Source of the DNA: Candidatus Limnocylindria bacterium
GTDB taxonomy: Bacteria; Chloroflexota; Limnocylindria; QHBO01
Direction of reading: 5' to 3'
NCBI GenBank assembly: GCA_036397815.1
Contig: DASWIE010000062.1
Coordinates: 4,397-68,396, forward strand
DNA length: 64,000 nucleotides
Shown here one piece after another: positions 47,029 to 56,704 of the stretch (the first letter of the stretch is position 1; every line of letters starts with the position of its first letter). The notes under the pieces are model-generated. The model made no database searches. It was not told the DNA's origin and saw nothing but the letters and a program-made list of their open reading frames with translations. The translations under genes were made by a program, and so were the position numbers.

Positions 47029-47058
47029 CGCCGCATCCTAGCCGCCTGCTGCGGTGGC

Positions 47059-48609
47059 CTAGGCGCCCGCCCCGTAGTCAAGGGCCAGGCGAACGAGAGT
47101 CGAAACGGCGGTGCCGAGCGCCCCCTTGGGATTCACCGCCTTGTCGGTAGAAAGCATCGCGCTGCCGGCGATGTCGATGTGGACCCACGGCACCGTGACG
47201 AAGTCGGCCAGGAACACGGCGCTCTTGATCAACGAGCCATCGCGCGTGCCGGAGTTGATGATGTCGGCGTGCGCGGAGTCGTACTGAGCCCGGTACTCGG
47301 TGGCGAGCGGCATCTCCCAGAACCACTCGCCGGTGGCCTCGGCGGCCGCAGCGACCTCGGCGCCCCACGGCCGGGGCCTGGCGAAGTAGGCGCTGATCAG
47401 CTCGCCGAAGGCGACGGATGCGGCGCCGGTCAGGGTTGCCACGTCAACGAGGTGCGTCGCGCCCTGGGTCTCCGCCCAGTGCAGCGCATCGGCCAGGATC
47501 AGGCGACCTTCGGCGTCGGTGTTGATCACCTCGATCGTCTTGCCGTTCATGGCTCGCACCACGTCGCCTGGTCGCTGGGCGTTGCCGCCCGGCATGTTCT
47601 CCACCATCGGCGCCACCGCCATGAGGGGAGTCTCCGGCGCGAGCCTGGCAACGGTGCGGGCGGCGGCGATCACTGCCGCGGCGCCAGACTTGTCGTGCTT
47701 CATCTCCTCCATCTTGTCGGCCGGCTTGATGCTGATGCCGCCGGAGTCGAAGCAGACTCCCTTGCCCACGATCGCCAGCCGCCGCTCGGCCGAGGCCTTC
47801 TCCCAGCCTGGCAGCTTCACGGCGATCAGGCGCGGCTCGTGGGCCGCTCCCTGTCCCACGCCCAACAGGGCGCCCATGCCGAGCGCCCGCATCTCGTCGA
47901 CGCCCAGGACCTCGACCGTGCAGCCGTCGCCGGCCAGCTCACGAGCGACTTCGGCCATCTTCTCCGGATAGAGGTCGTTCGACGCGCGGTTGGCCAGGGT
48001 TCGCCCGAACTCGACCCCCTCCGCGATGATCGCCGCCCGGTCAATGGCTGCCTGGCCAGGCGCGCCTGCGCCGATGAGCACGACCTCGCCCACGGAGCGC
48101 AGCATCGCCTCCGTGTCGCGGACGCGGCCGTAATGGGCGTAGGGGCGGTAGGTGCCCTGCAACGCCCCAATTGCCGCAGCGGCGAATCCATCCTCGTCTT
48201 CCCCGTCGCGCAGCCAGAGCGCCAGGCGCTCGACGCCACGGCCCTGGAGCCGGCGCGTGGTGGTCGAGCCGATGCGGCGCGCGCGCCACGCTCCGCGACC
48301 TCGCCGCACGCCGTTGACGAGCAGGATCTTGTCGGCCGCGATCGATCCCGCGTCGATCAGCGCGGTGTGGTGCTCGACGATGTTGAACTCGCCCCACTCG
48401 ATCGCCTGGCTGATCATGCCCCCGGTGGCCGCGTCCAGCGCCGCCAGGTCGCCGTCGATCTCCGCGTCCTCCTTGTAGATCGGAACCGCCAGCACATCGG
48501 CCTCAATGGCGGCCGGATCGGTCGTCTCAGCGCGAAAGCGCACGCGGGTCACCTCAGCGTATTTGGTGATGCAAACGTCACGCAAACCGATGGCGCCAGA
48601 GGCGGCCAT
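47059..48609 (-). CDS. pepA: Leucyl aminopeptidase (M17)
   Basis: 516 aa. Motifs VGKGVCFDSGG and NTDAEGRLILADAL. Confidence 0.9.
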   Translation of the reverse strand: MAASGAIGLRDVCITKYAEVTRVRFRAETTDPAAIEADVLAVPIYKEDAEIDGDLAALDAATGGMISQAIEWGEFNIVEHHTALIDAGSIAADKILLVNGVRRGRGAWRARRIGSTTTRRLQGRGVERLALWLRDGEDEDGFAAAAIGALQGTYRPYAHYGRVRDTEAMLRSVGEVVLIGAGAPGQAAIDRAAIIAEGVEFGRTLANRASNDLYPEKMAEVARELAGDGCTVEVLGVDEMRALGMGALLGVGQGAAHEPRLIAVKLPGWEKASAERRLAIVGKGVCFDSGGISIKPADKMEEMKHDKSGAAAVIAAARTVARLAPETPLMAVAPMVENMPGGNAQRPGDVVRAMNGKTIEVINTDAEGRLILADALHWAETQGATHLVDVATLTGAASVAFGELISAYFARPRPWGAEVAAAAEATGEWFWEMPLATEYRAQYDSAHADIINSGTRDGSLIKSAVFLADFVTVPWVHIDIAGSAMLSTDKAVNPKGALGTAVSTLVRLALDYGAGA

Positions 48610-48641
48610 CGGTCAAGCGAGTATAGACCGATGCCGCCGCC

Positions 48642-49553
48642 CTACTGCTGGCCGACCACGGTGGCGACGTCGGCGCGCAGGACGGCCAGCTCGGCGACGG
48701 CGCTGGCCAGTCGCCGCAGCGGAACAACTGCGAGCGCCGAGCCCGCCTCGGCGATCGCCAACGCCAGTGACCTATCGGCGTCGAGGGCCTTGGCCGCGGC
48801 GGCACGATATGCTTCAGCCGCGGCGGCCGCGGCCGGAGGATCTTCGGCAAGGGTGGCCTCGGCGATCGCGCGGGCAGCGCTCAGCAGCTCACCGGTCGTC
48901 TCGAGCCAGTAGCCGAGCGAGGGCGGCGGCTCATCCCAGGCGGCGACCTGCTCCAGGGCGGCGTCCGCGTCGTCCAGGGCAGCCAGCGCGGCCTCCGGGT
49001 CGTCCCCGTCCAGAGCGTCCAACGCGTCAGAGAGCGCCGTTAGCGTGGCATCTGCCGCCCAACGCCGCTCCACGAACGGCTCCGCCTCGGCGGCTGTGGC
49101 ACGCAGCTGTACGGCGATGCTCACCACCTGGTCCGGGACGGCACCGTCGCGCGCGAGCGGAGGCGCACCCGGTCGAGCGCAGGCCAGCGTGCCGCGCAGC
49201 CGGTTCGCGGCCAGCACGGCCTCGGCCACCTCGTCGCGCGAGGCCTCGAGGATCGCAGCAGCCTCGATCAGCGCGGGTGCGGGCCGCTCGTCGCCGCTGA
49301 CGATCAGGGCGGCGCCGCGCCGCGCGGCGTCGATCGCTGCCTCGAGCTCGCCCTGGAGCCGGTCCAGTGTCGCGTCCGCCGCACCGGCGGTCGCCACCAG
49401 CCAGGCCTGTCGCGCCGCCTCCCTTGGCGGATCCGCGCTCGCAGCGGCGGCCGGCCGGGCGGCCAGCCCGCCACCCACCAGGACGACGGCGAGCGCCCCA
49501 CTCAGCGCCCCACGCGCGGGCCTTCGTTTCGCCCACCAACGGGCACCTATCAT
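48642..49553 (-). CDS. Ala-rich, predicted all-helical exported or membrane-anchored hypothetical protein
   Basis: Start set at the internal ATG (MIGARWWAKRR...). Hydrophobic segment ALAVVLVGGGLAA. No family recognised. The alternative start at 49565 would overlap the divergent add start. Confidence 0.45.
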   Translation of the reverse strand: MIGARWWAKRRPARGALSGALAVVLVGGGLAARPAAAASADPPREAARQAWLVATAGAADATLDRLQGELEAAIDAARRGAALIVSGDERPAPALIEAAAILEASRDEVAEAVLAANRLRGTLACARPGAPPLARDGAVPDQVVSIAVQLRATAAEAEPFVERRWAADATLTALSDALDALDGDDPEAALAALDDADAALEQVAAWDEPPPSLGYWLETTGELLSAARAIAEATLAEDPPAAAAAAEAYRAAAAKALDADRSLALAIAEAGSALAVVPLRRLASAVAELAVLRADVATVVGQQ

Positions 49554-49559
49554 GCGGAA

Positions 49560-50606
49560 ATGCATGCGGCAGCCTTCGATCCGGCCATTCTGCGGCCGCT
49601 GCCCAAGGCGGAGCTCCACCAGCATCTCGATGGCGCGCTCCGACCGGACACCGCGTTGGAGCTGGCGGCCGGCGCCGGGATCCAGCTCTCAGCCGATGAG
49701 GTGCGCAGCCGGCTGGTGGCGCCGCCACGATGCCGCGACCAGGCGGAGCTGCTCACCTACTTCGACCTCCCGATCGCGCTGCTCCAGACGCCGGAGGCGC
49801 TGCGGCGCGCGGCGCGCGAGCTGGTCGAGAGTCTCGCCGCGGACGGAGTGCGGTACGGCGAGATCCGATGGGCGCCGCGGCTGCATCTCGACCGAGGACT
49901 CTCGGTGCCGGCCGTGATCGAAGCGGTGGCCGGCGGCGTGGAGGACGGGATCGCCGCCCTGGGCGCCGAGGCGCCGATGGTCGTGCTGATCGTGACCGCC
50001 ATGCGCTCCCATCCGCCGGGGGCGAACGTGGCCCTGGCCCGCGCCGCCGCGGATTTCGGCATGCCGGTGGTCGGCTTCGACCTTGCGGGACCAGAGGCCA
50101 CGTACCCGGCTCCCCCCCACGCGGCGGCGTTCCGCGCCGCCGAGGAGGGTGGACTCTCGCTCACCGCCCACGCCGGCGAGGTGCCGGGGCCCGAGCGCAT
50201 TCGCGAGGCCCTGGCGCTGGGGGTGCGGCGGATCGCGCATGGCGTGACGACCGCCGAGGACCCGGACGTGATGGCCCTCGTCCGCGAGCGCGACGTGACC
50301 CTCGACCTCTGCCCGACGAGCAACGTCCAGGCCGGAATCGTGCCCTCGCTCGCCGCCCACCCGCTGGCCACCCTGTACCGGGCAGGCGTCAGCGTGACCA
50401 TCTCGACCGATGACCGCACCGTTTCCGACACGACCCTGACCGATGAGATGGCGCGCGCGGCCACCGCGCTCGCCCTCTCTCCGGTGGAGCTGGCCGCCAT
50501 CGCGGTCAATGGCTTTCGCCGAGGCTTCGGGCCGCAGGCTCGACTGCGCGGCATGGCGGCCGAGGCGGAATCCGCGTGGGGGGCCTGGGCGAGCACCATC
50601 AGCTGA
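49560..50606 (+). CDS. add: Adenosine deaminase
   Basis: 348 aa. Canonical motifs ELHQHLDGA, TAHAGE, IAHGV, ISTDDRTV. Confidence 0.9.
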   Translation: MHAAAFDPAILRPLPKAELHQHLDGALRPDTALELAAGAGIQLSADEVRSRLVAPPRCRDQAELLTYFDLPIALLQTPEALRRAARELVESLAADGVRYGEIRWAPRLHLDRGLSVPAVIEAVAGGVEDGIAALGAEAPMVVLIVTAMRSHPPGANVALARAAADFGMPVVGFDLAGPEATYPAPPHAAAFRAAEEGGLSLTAHAGEVPGPERIREALALGVRRIAHGVTTAEDPDVMALVRERDVTLDLCPTSNVQAGIVPSLAAHPLATLYRAGVSVTISTDDRTVSDTTLTDEMARAATALALSPVELAAIAVNGFRRGFGPQARLRGMAAEAESAWGAWASTIS

Positions 50607-51453
50607 CCCTCAGGTCGAGCAGGTCGAGCACGGCCGCCGGATCGGCCGCGATCCAATCGGGCCGGCGATCGCCTTCCAGCCCGTCGGCGAGCGCCGCGTC
50701 GGCCACCCCGGTCAGGACCAGCACGCTCGGGATCCCGGCGCGGCGCGCGGCCGGGATGTCGGCATCCGGGTTGTCGCCGATGACCAGCGCCTCGGCCGGA
50801 CCCACCCCGCCCATGGTCAGGATCGCCTGGAACATGCCGGGCTGTGGCTTTCCGATCACCAGCGGCTCCACGCCCGAGGCGGCCTGCACGGCGGCCACGA
50901 TCGTGCCGGCGCCGGGCATGAAGCCGTGCGGCGTGGGAAAGAGGAGGTCGGCGTTGGTGGCGACGAACCGCGCGCCCGCCCGGATCGCCGCGGCGGCGAC
51001 ACCGAGCCGACGGTAGTCGAACGACGGGTCGAGGCCGACCACCACCGCGTCATACGGCTGGGGGAGGGCTTCGCCGTCCCATTCCGGTGGCGCGGCCTCT
51101 GCCGCCGACACCGCTCGAAAGCCGGCGGCGCGCAGCTCATCGAGCATGCCGGGAGCGCCCAGCGTCACGACGCTCGAGACAGCGGGCATGTGCTCGCGCA
51201 GGTGCTCGATGGTGGCCGAGGTCGACGTTACGATCTCGTCGGCCGAGGCCACGATCCCGTGGCTCGCCAGGCGCTCGGCGTAGGCCGCGCGCGTGGCCAT
51301 CGAGTTGTTGGTGGCGAACCGCACCGCCACACCCGCCGCCCGCAACGCAACAACCAGTCCCACGGCGCCAGGCACAGCCTGCGAGCCGCGGTAGACCACG
51401 CCGTCGAGGTCGAGGATCACCAGGCGCGGTCGCGGACGCGGAGCGGACTGCAT
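50599..51453 (-). CDS. HAD-superfamily subfamily IIA hydrolase (NagD-like phosphatase)
   Basis: 284 aa. Motifs ILDLDGVVYRG, FATNNS, VIGDNPDADI. Confidence 0.8.
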   Translation of the reverse strand: MQSAPRPRPRLVILDLDGVVYRGSQAVPGAVGLVVALRAAGVAVRFATNNSMATRAAYAERLASHGIVASADEIVTSTSATIEHLREHMPAVSSVVTLGAPGMLDELRAAGFRAVSAAEAAPPEWDGEALPQPYDAVVVGLDPSFDYRRLGVAAAAIRAGARFVATNADLLFPTPHGFMPGAGTIVAAVQAASGVEPLVIGKPQPGMFQAILTMGGVGPAEALVIGDNPDADIPAARRAGIPSVLVLTGVADAALADGLEGDRRPDWIAADPAAVLDLLDLRVS

Positions 51454-51515
51454 CGGGCCCGATGATAGGTCGCCGCGGACCGCATGACGTTCGCCAAACC
51501 GGCGTGCAGATCATC

Positions 51516-51545
51516 TTGAGCCGCGGATTGACGAGGCAGTATGAT
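51516..51545 (+). promoter_or_regulatory. Candidate sigma-70-type promoter for the BMP/nucleoside ABC operon
   Basis: TTGAGC (51516-51521), an 18-nt spacer, then TATGAT (51540-51545). This would leave a leader of about 100 nt before ATG 51653. Confidence 0.35.
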
Positions 51546-51652
51546 GCGGCGGATTCGGCCGATCCACGCCCTGTGGCGGTCGCTCCCGACGCGTGCTCAC
51601 GCTCGGGCATCGGAGGAGGCCCCTCACGGGGTGTAAGGAGAGTCCATTGCGG

Positions 51653-52792
51653 ATGCAGCGACGGTATGTTGGTGTCGCGACCTTGATGTCGTTGACGCTC
51701 GTCCTGGCAGCCTGCGGAGCCGGCACGATCAGCGTGGGGAAGGGCCTCTGCCGAGAGATCGGCGACCTCACGGGGGTCCAGCCGAGCCCGCCCGAGGCAA
51801 GCGGGACGAGCGACGCCCTGATCGGGGTGGTCACCGACGTCGGTACCCTCGACGACAAGAACTTCAACGAGTACAGCTGGCTCGGCGCCCAGCAGGGCGC
51901 GACCGCCATCGGTGCGCCGGCTCCCGAGGCCATCGTGACCACCGCGTCGGCCGACTACGAGGCGAACATCCAGACCTTCGTCGACCAGAACTACGACGTC
52001 ATCGTGACGGTCGGCTTCGCGATTGGCGCTGCGACCCTCGCCGCCGCGACGGATAACCCGGACATCCACTTCGTCGGTGTCGACCAGTTCCAGACGCAGG
52101 AAGAGGTACTCGACAACTACGAGAGCCTGATCTTCAACGAGGCGCAGGCCGGCTACCTGGCCGGCATCGTCGCCGGCAGCATCACCGCCAGCAATGAGGT
52201 GGCGGCCATCGGCGGGTCGGGCACGATCCCGCCGGTCGTCAACTACATGCGCGGCTTCGAGAACGGGGTGCACAGCGTCAAGGCGGACGCGACGGTTCAC
52301 CTGAAGTACATCTCCAACGACCTGGCGGTCGCCTTCAACGACCCGACCACCGGCAAGCAGTTCGCCGACCAGTTCCTGTCGCAGAACGGCGACGTCGACG
52401 TCCTCTTCCAGGTGGCCGGCAAGACGGGGAACGGCATCCTGGAGTCGGTCGAAGCGGCCGGCATCTACGGCATTGGCGTCGACGTGGACCAGTGGCAGTC
52501 GACGCACGCCCAGGCCGAGTGCATCGTCACCAGCGCCGAGAAGAAGCTGACCAAGGCCGTCTCCGACGCGATCATCGCCTTCGGAGGCGGTGAGCCGCGG
52601 AGCAGCAACGTGTTCTACGGTGCCGACAACGACGGCATCGGGCTGGCCCCGTATTACCAGTTCGACAGCGTCGTCCCGACTGACGCCAAGACCGCGGCCA
52701 CCGAAGCCTTCGACGCGATGGCCGCCGGCGACCTGGATCCGTGCCAGCCGTCGAACCTGTGCTACGCCGGCGCGGAGGACACTGGCACCTGA
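51653..52792 (+). CDS. BMP-family (PnrA/Med-like) nucleoside ABC transporter substrate-binding lipoprotein
   Basis: Start set at ATG 51653, giving the lipobox LVLAAC. Motif IGVVTDVGTLDDKNFNEYSW is typical of the BMP family. Confidence 0.85.
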   Translation: MQRRYVGVATLMSLTLVLAACGAGTISVGKGLCREIGDLTGVQPSPPEASGTSDALIGVVTDVGTLDDKNFNEYSWLGAQQGATAIGAPAPEAIVTTASADYEANIQTFVDQNYDVIVTVGFAIGAATLAAATDNPDIHFVGVDQFQTQEEVLDNYESLIFNEAQAGYLAGIVAGSITASNEVAAIGGSGTIPPVVNYMRGFENGVHSVKADATVHLKYISNDLAVAFNDPTTGKQFADQFLSQNGDVDVLFQVAGKTGNGILESVEAAGIYGIGVDVDQWQSTHAQAECIVTSAEKKLTKAVSDAIIAFGGGEPRSSNVFYGADNDGIGLAPYYQFDSVVPTDAKTAATEAFDAMAAGDLDPCQPSNLCYAGAEDTGT

Positions 52793-52825
52793 GCCGGCTC
52801 CCCACGCCATCGGCAGAAAGGACGC

Positions 52826-52858
52826 TGAGCGGACCGGTCCGGCGGGCCGGTCCGCTCA
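52826..52858 (+). terminator. Intercistronic stem-loop after the BMP lipoprotein gene
   Basis: TGAGCGGACCGG (52826-52837) pairs perfectly with CCGGTCCGCTCA (52847-52858) around a 9-nt loop. Confidence 0.5.
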
Positions 52859-52881
52859 CTACCTTGAGAAGTTGACGACAA

Positions 52882-54477
52882 GTGGCTGATGTGACGCTCG
52901 AGCGCACAACGCGACCCGCCGGGGAGCGACCGCCCGTGCTCGAAATGCGCGGCATCACCAAGCGCTATCCGGGCGTGCTCGCCAACGACGGCATCGATCT
53001 CGACGTTCGCCAGGGTGAGATCCATGCCCTGCTGGGCGAGAACGGTGCCGGCAAGAGCACGCTGATGAACATCCTGTACGGGCTCGCGGTCCCGGACGCC
53101 GGCGAGATCCTGCTCGACGGCAAGCCGGTCACCATCAGCGGCCCGCACGATGCCATCGACCAGGGCATCAGCATGGTGCACCAGCACTTCATGCTGGTCC
53201 CGGTCCTGTCGGTCGCCGAGAACATCCTGCTGGGCGAGGAGCCGATGGCGGGGCGTGTCTTCCTGGACCGGGCCGGCTCACATCGGCGCATCCGCGAGCT
53301 CGGCGAGCGCTTCGGCTGGGAGATCGACCCCGATAAGCCGGTCGGCTCCCTCTCCGTGGGCTGGCAACAGCGAGTCGAGATCCTGAAGGCCCTCTATCGC
53401 AACGCGCGCGTGCTGGTCCTGGATGAGCCAACCGCCGTCCTCACCCCGCAGGAGACGAGGGAGATCTTCGGCGTGCTGCGCGCGCTGCGCGCCGAGGGCT
53501 ACGCCATCATCTTCATCAGCCACAAGCTGTACGAGGTGCTCGAGGTCGCCGACCGGATCACGGTCATCCGGCGGGGGAAAGTCGTGGGCAGCCGGATCCC
53601 GGCCGAGACCAACGAGGACGACCTCGCCGAGCTGATGGTGGGGCGCAACGTGCAGCTCACCGTCGATCGCGGCGAGAGCCATCCCGGCGAACCCACGCTC
53701 GTCGTCGAGGACCTGAAGGCGCGGGACGACCGCGGCCACGAGGTCGTGCACGACGTCTCGTTCGAGGTGCGCGCCGGCGAGATCTTCGGGATCGCCGGGG
53801 TGGCCGGCAACGGCCAGGACGAGCTGGTCGAAGCGATCGTCGGCCTGCGGCACGCGGCCGGTGGACACGTCACCCTCGACGGACGGAACGTCACCGGCGC
53901 CTCGCCGCGCCACCTGCATCAGCAGGGACTCGCCTTCGTCCCCGGCGATCGCCACCGGTTCGGGCTGGTCCTCACCTTCCCGCTGACCGACAACCTGGTG
54001 CTGAACGACTACTACCACACGCCCTTCGCGAACGGCCTGCAGCGCAACGATGAGGCCATCGAGGCCAACGCCGAGGAGGCGGTGGAGAAGTACGACGTGC
54101 GGACGCCGTCGACGACGGTCACGGCGGGGACGCTGTCCGGCGGCAATCAGCAGAAGGTGGTGGTCGCTCGCGAGTTCGAGGGAACGCTCAAGCTGCTCGT
54201 CTTGGACCAGCCGACGCGCGGGCTCGACGTCGGCAGCATCGAGTTCATCCACCGCCAGGCCATCGCGCGCCGCGACTCCGGCGTGGCGATCCTGCTCGTC
54301 TCGGCGGAGCTCGACGAGGTGCTGGAGCTCTCGGACCGCATCGGGGTCATGTTCCGCGGGCGAATGGTGGCGGTGCTCGACGGGCGGAGCGTGGATCGTG
54401 AGGCGGTGGGGCTCCTGATGGCGACCGGCGGGCGGGGTGGCGGAACCCAGCCCCAGACCATCGAGGAGTCGGCGTGA
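52882..54477 (+). CDS. ABC transporter ATP-binding protein, tandem ABC domains (nucleoside/sugar type)
   Basis: 531 aa with a GTG start. Walker A GENGAGKST and the second-domain P-loop GVAGNGQDE. Signature LSGGNQQK in domain 2. Confidence 0.9.
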   Translation: MADVTLERTTRPAGERPPVLEMRGITKRYPGVLANDGIDLDVRQGEIHALLGENGAGKSTLMNILYGLAVPDAGEILLDGKPVTISGPHDAIDQGISMVHQHFMLVPVLSVAENILLGEEPMAGRVFLDRAGSHRRIRELGERFGWEIDPDKPVGSLSVGWQQRVEILKALYRNARVLVLDEPTAVLTPQETREIFGVLRALRAEGYAIIFISHKLYEVLEVADRITVIRRGKVVGSRIPAETNEDDLAELMVGRNVQLTVDRGESHPGEPTLVVEDLKARDDRGHEVVHDVSFEVRAGEIFGIAGVAGNGQDELVEAIVGLRHAAGGHVTLDGRNVTGASPRHLHQQGLAFVPGDRHRFGLVLTFPLTDNLVLNDYYHTPFANGLQRNDEAIEANAEEAVEKYDVRTPSTTVTAGTLSGGNQQKVVVAREFEGTLKLLVLDQPTRGLDVGSIEFIHRQAIARRDSGVAILLVSAELDEVLELSDRIGVMFRGRMVAVLDGRSVDREAVGLLMATGGRGGGTQPQTIEESA

Positions 54478-55595
54478 GGGCCGCGCTGGAACGCGTCCGA
54501 TCTGTGGCCGTGCTACCGGCGGTGGCGATCGGGCTCGCGCTCGTCGTCGGAGCCGTGATCATGATCCTGTCGAGCCCCCTGGTGGGGGGATTCGACCTGA
54601 CGCTTCCCCTCACCGCCTATCAGGCCCTGGCGGTCGGTGCCTTCGGCTCGGGTAATGCGCTGGTCAGCACCCTGGTCAACGCCACCCCGCTCGTCCTTGC
54701 CGGGCTGGCGGTCGGCATCGGCTTCAAGGCAGGCCTCTTCAACATCGGCGCCCAGGGGCAGTTCCTGATCGGGGCGCTGTCGGCCACGATAGTCGCGATC
54801 GCGCTGAACGGCGCGTCGCCCGCCGTCGCCATTCCCCTGTCGCTGCTGGCCGGCATGGCCGGCGGTCTGGCATGGGGCTTCGTGCCCGGCTTCCTGAAGG
54901 CGTTCACCGGCGCGCACGAGGTGGTGACGACCATCATGCTCAACTTCGTCGCCATCCAGATCGTGTCCTACGTCATCTCCGGCCCGCTGCGCGGCGCCGA
55001 GGTTACCTTTGCGCGGACCGATAACATCGTTGCCGGCGAGCTCCCGATCCTGATCGGACGCGACGGGCACCTGGGCCTGCTCTTGGCCGCTGTGGCGGTG
55101 CCCGCCGCATGGTGGCTCCTGTACCGCAGCACCATCGGCTTCGAGATCCGCACCGTCGGCGCGAACCCCGACGCCGCACGCTACGGCGGCATGCAGCCCA
55201 AGTGGATCACGGTCCTGGCGATGTCGGTCTGTGGACTGCTGGCCGGCACGGCCGGCGCCGGCGAGATCCTGGGCGAGGTGGGCTACATGCCGGCGTCATA
55301 CGGCACCACCGTCGGCTTCGACGCCATCGCGGTGGCGCTGCTCGGCCGCGCCCATCCCGTCGGCATCCTGTTCGCCGGACTTCTCTTCGGGGGCATGCAG
55401 GCGGGCGCCGGGCTGATGCAGGTACAGGCCGGCATTCCGGTCCAGATGGTCAGCGTCCTCCAGGCGGTGATCCTCTTCTTCCTGGCGGCCGAGCTCATCG
55501 TGCGCAGGGTGCTGCGGATTCGCGCCCCGGGCACGGGGGTGGAAGCAGAGCTCGAGACGGTCAGCCGCTCCTACGGCGAGCAGACGAGCCTGTAG
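54474..55595 (+). CDS. ABC transporter permease (BPD_transp_2 type)
   Basis: 373 aa, multi-TM. 4-nt overlap with the ATPase gene. Confidence 0.85.
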   Translation: MRAALERVRSVAVLPAVAIGLALVVGAVIMILSSPLVGGFDLTLPLTAYQALAVGAFGSGNALVSTLVNATPLVLAGLAVGIGFKAGLFNIGAQGQFLIGALSATIVAIALNGASPAVAIPLSLLAGMAGGLAWGFVPGFLKAFTGAHEVVTTIMLNFVAIQIVSYVISGPLRGAEVTFARTDNIVAGELPILIGRDGHLGLLLAAVAVPAAWWLLYRSTIGFEIRTVGANPDAARYGGMQPKWITVLAMSVCGLLAGTAGAGEILGEVGYMPASYGTTVGFDAIAVALLGRAHPVGILFAGLLFGGMQAGAGLMQVQAGIPVQMVSVLQAVILFFLAAELIVRRVLRIRAPGTGVEAELETVSRSYGEQTSL

Positions 55596-55603
55596 GGCAC
55601 GAC

Positions 55604-56671
55604 GTGGACGCGATCTTCGACATCCCCGTCATCGGCGTGCTCATCCAGTTCGTGGTCTACGTGATCGCGGCGCTGCCGGTGGTGGCGCCGACCATCGCCG
55701 CCGCCGCCACGCCGATCGCGCTGGGCGCGATGTGCGGCTTCATGAACGAGCGCTCCGGCGTCGTGAACATCGGCATCGAGGGGATGATGCTGACCGCCGC
55801 CTTCGTCGCGTGGTGGAGCGCCTCGCTCGCGGCGCAGGTGGTCCCAAACGTCGGCATCGGCGTTCTTGGCATCACGCTGCCGCTGGTCATCGGGCTGACG
55901 ACGGCGATCCTGGCCGCCATGGCGGTCTCGGCCGTCCACGCCTGGCTGTCGATCACCGTCAGGGCCGACCAGATCATCAGTGGCACGATCATCAACATCT
56001 TCGCGGTCGGCATCACCGGCTACCTGAACCTGCTGATCAGCAAGCAATCCCCGCCGTCTGCGGGTCAGTTCCAGCCGCTGCAGCTACCGGGCGTGCTCGA
56101 AGACGTCCCGGTGCTCGGCTTTCTGCTGGACTCGCTGATCGGGGTGGGACCGATCGGCCTCACCATGCTGATCAGCGTGATCGTCCTCCAGGTGCTCCTC
56201 TTCCGGTCACGCTGGGGGTTGCGCACGCGCGCCGTGGGTGAGCATCCCAAGGCGGCCGAGACGGTCGGGATCGACGTCATCCGGCTGCGGTACCGCAACG
56301 TGATCGGGGGCGGGGTCTTCGCCGGACTGGCAGGCGCGTACCTGACCATCGAGTTTGGGAGCGCGTTCCAGGGAGAGATGACCGCCGGACGCGGGTTCAT
56401 CGCGCTGGCGGCGCTGATCTTTGGCCGATGGACGCCTGTCGGGGCCTTCGGGGCCGCGCTCCTGTTCACCGCCTCGATCGGGCTCGAGCGCTCGATTCGA
56501 TTCGCGCCGCCGGAGGGGCAGCTGGGTGAATGGCTCACCGCCGTCCCGCTCCAGTTCTACGGTGCGCTCCCCTACCTGATCACCATCATCGTGCTGGCTG
56601 GCGTGGTCGGACGGAGCCTGGCGCCCGCGGCGGTCGGCCGGCCTTACGAGCGGGAGTCGAAGGCGGCCTGA
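55604..56671 (+). CDS. ABC transporter permease (second subunit)
   Basis: Start set at in-frame GTG 55604 of track ORF 55109..56671; the upstream part overlaps the previous permease gene in another frame. 355 aa, multi-TM. Confidence 0.8.
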   Translation: MDAIFDIPVIGVLIQFVVYVIAALPVVAPTIAAAATPIALGAMCGFMNERSGVVNIGIEGMMLTAAFVAWWSASLAAQVVPNVGIGVLGITLPLVIGLTTAILAAMAVSAVHAWLSITVRADQIISGTIINIFAVGITGYLNLLISKQSPPSAGQFQPLQLPGVLEDVPVLGFLLDSLIGVGPIGLTMLISVIVLQVLLFRSRWGLRTRAVGEHPKAAETVGIDVIRLRYRNVIGGGVFAGLAGAYLTIEFGSAFQGEMTAGRGFIALAALIFGRWTPVGAFGAALLFTASIGLERSIRFAPPEGQLGEWLTAVPLQFYGALPYLITIIVLAGVVGRSLAPAAVGRPYERESKAA

Positions 56672-56704
56672 GGCGGGCCGATCCTTGGCGACCCTTAGCG
56701 ACCC

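Noticed and set aside
46189-48912. 907-aa plus-strand ORF. The track also lists similar long ORFs at 33268..35151 (+), 33506..35179 (-), 51137..52810 (-) and 8251..9258 (+).
   Set aside because: All overlap well-supported genes (A24, PepA, MalG/ABC-2, the BMP lipoprotein, the CAP protein) on the other strand or in another frame, and none shows a domain signature.
49553-49565. Overlapping divergent start codons of add (49560) and the Ala-rich hypothetical gene, considered as a possible regulatory overlap
   Set aside because: It depends entirely on which of three candidate starts (49625, 49565, 49553) the hypothetical gene uses. With the 49553 start there is no overlap, and there is no independent evidence either way.
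55109-55603. Upstream 165 codons of track ORF 55109..56671
   Set aside because: They overlap the first nucleoside ABC permease gene in another frame. The membrane-protein signal begins only after in-frame GTG 55604.
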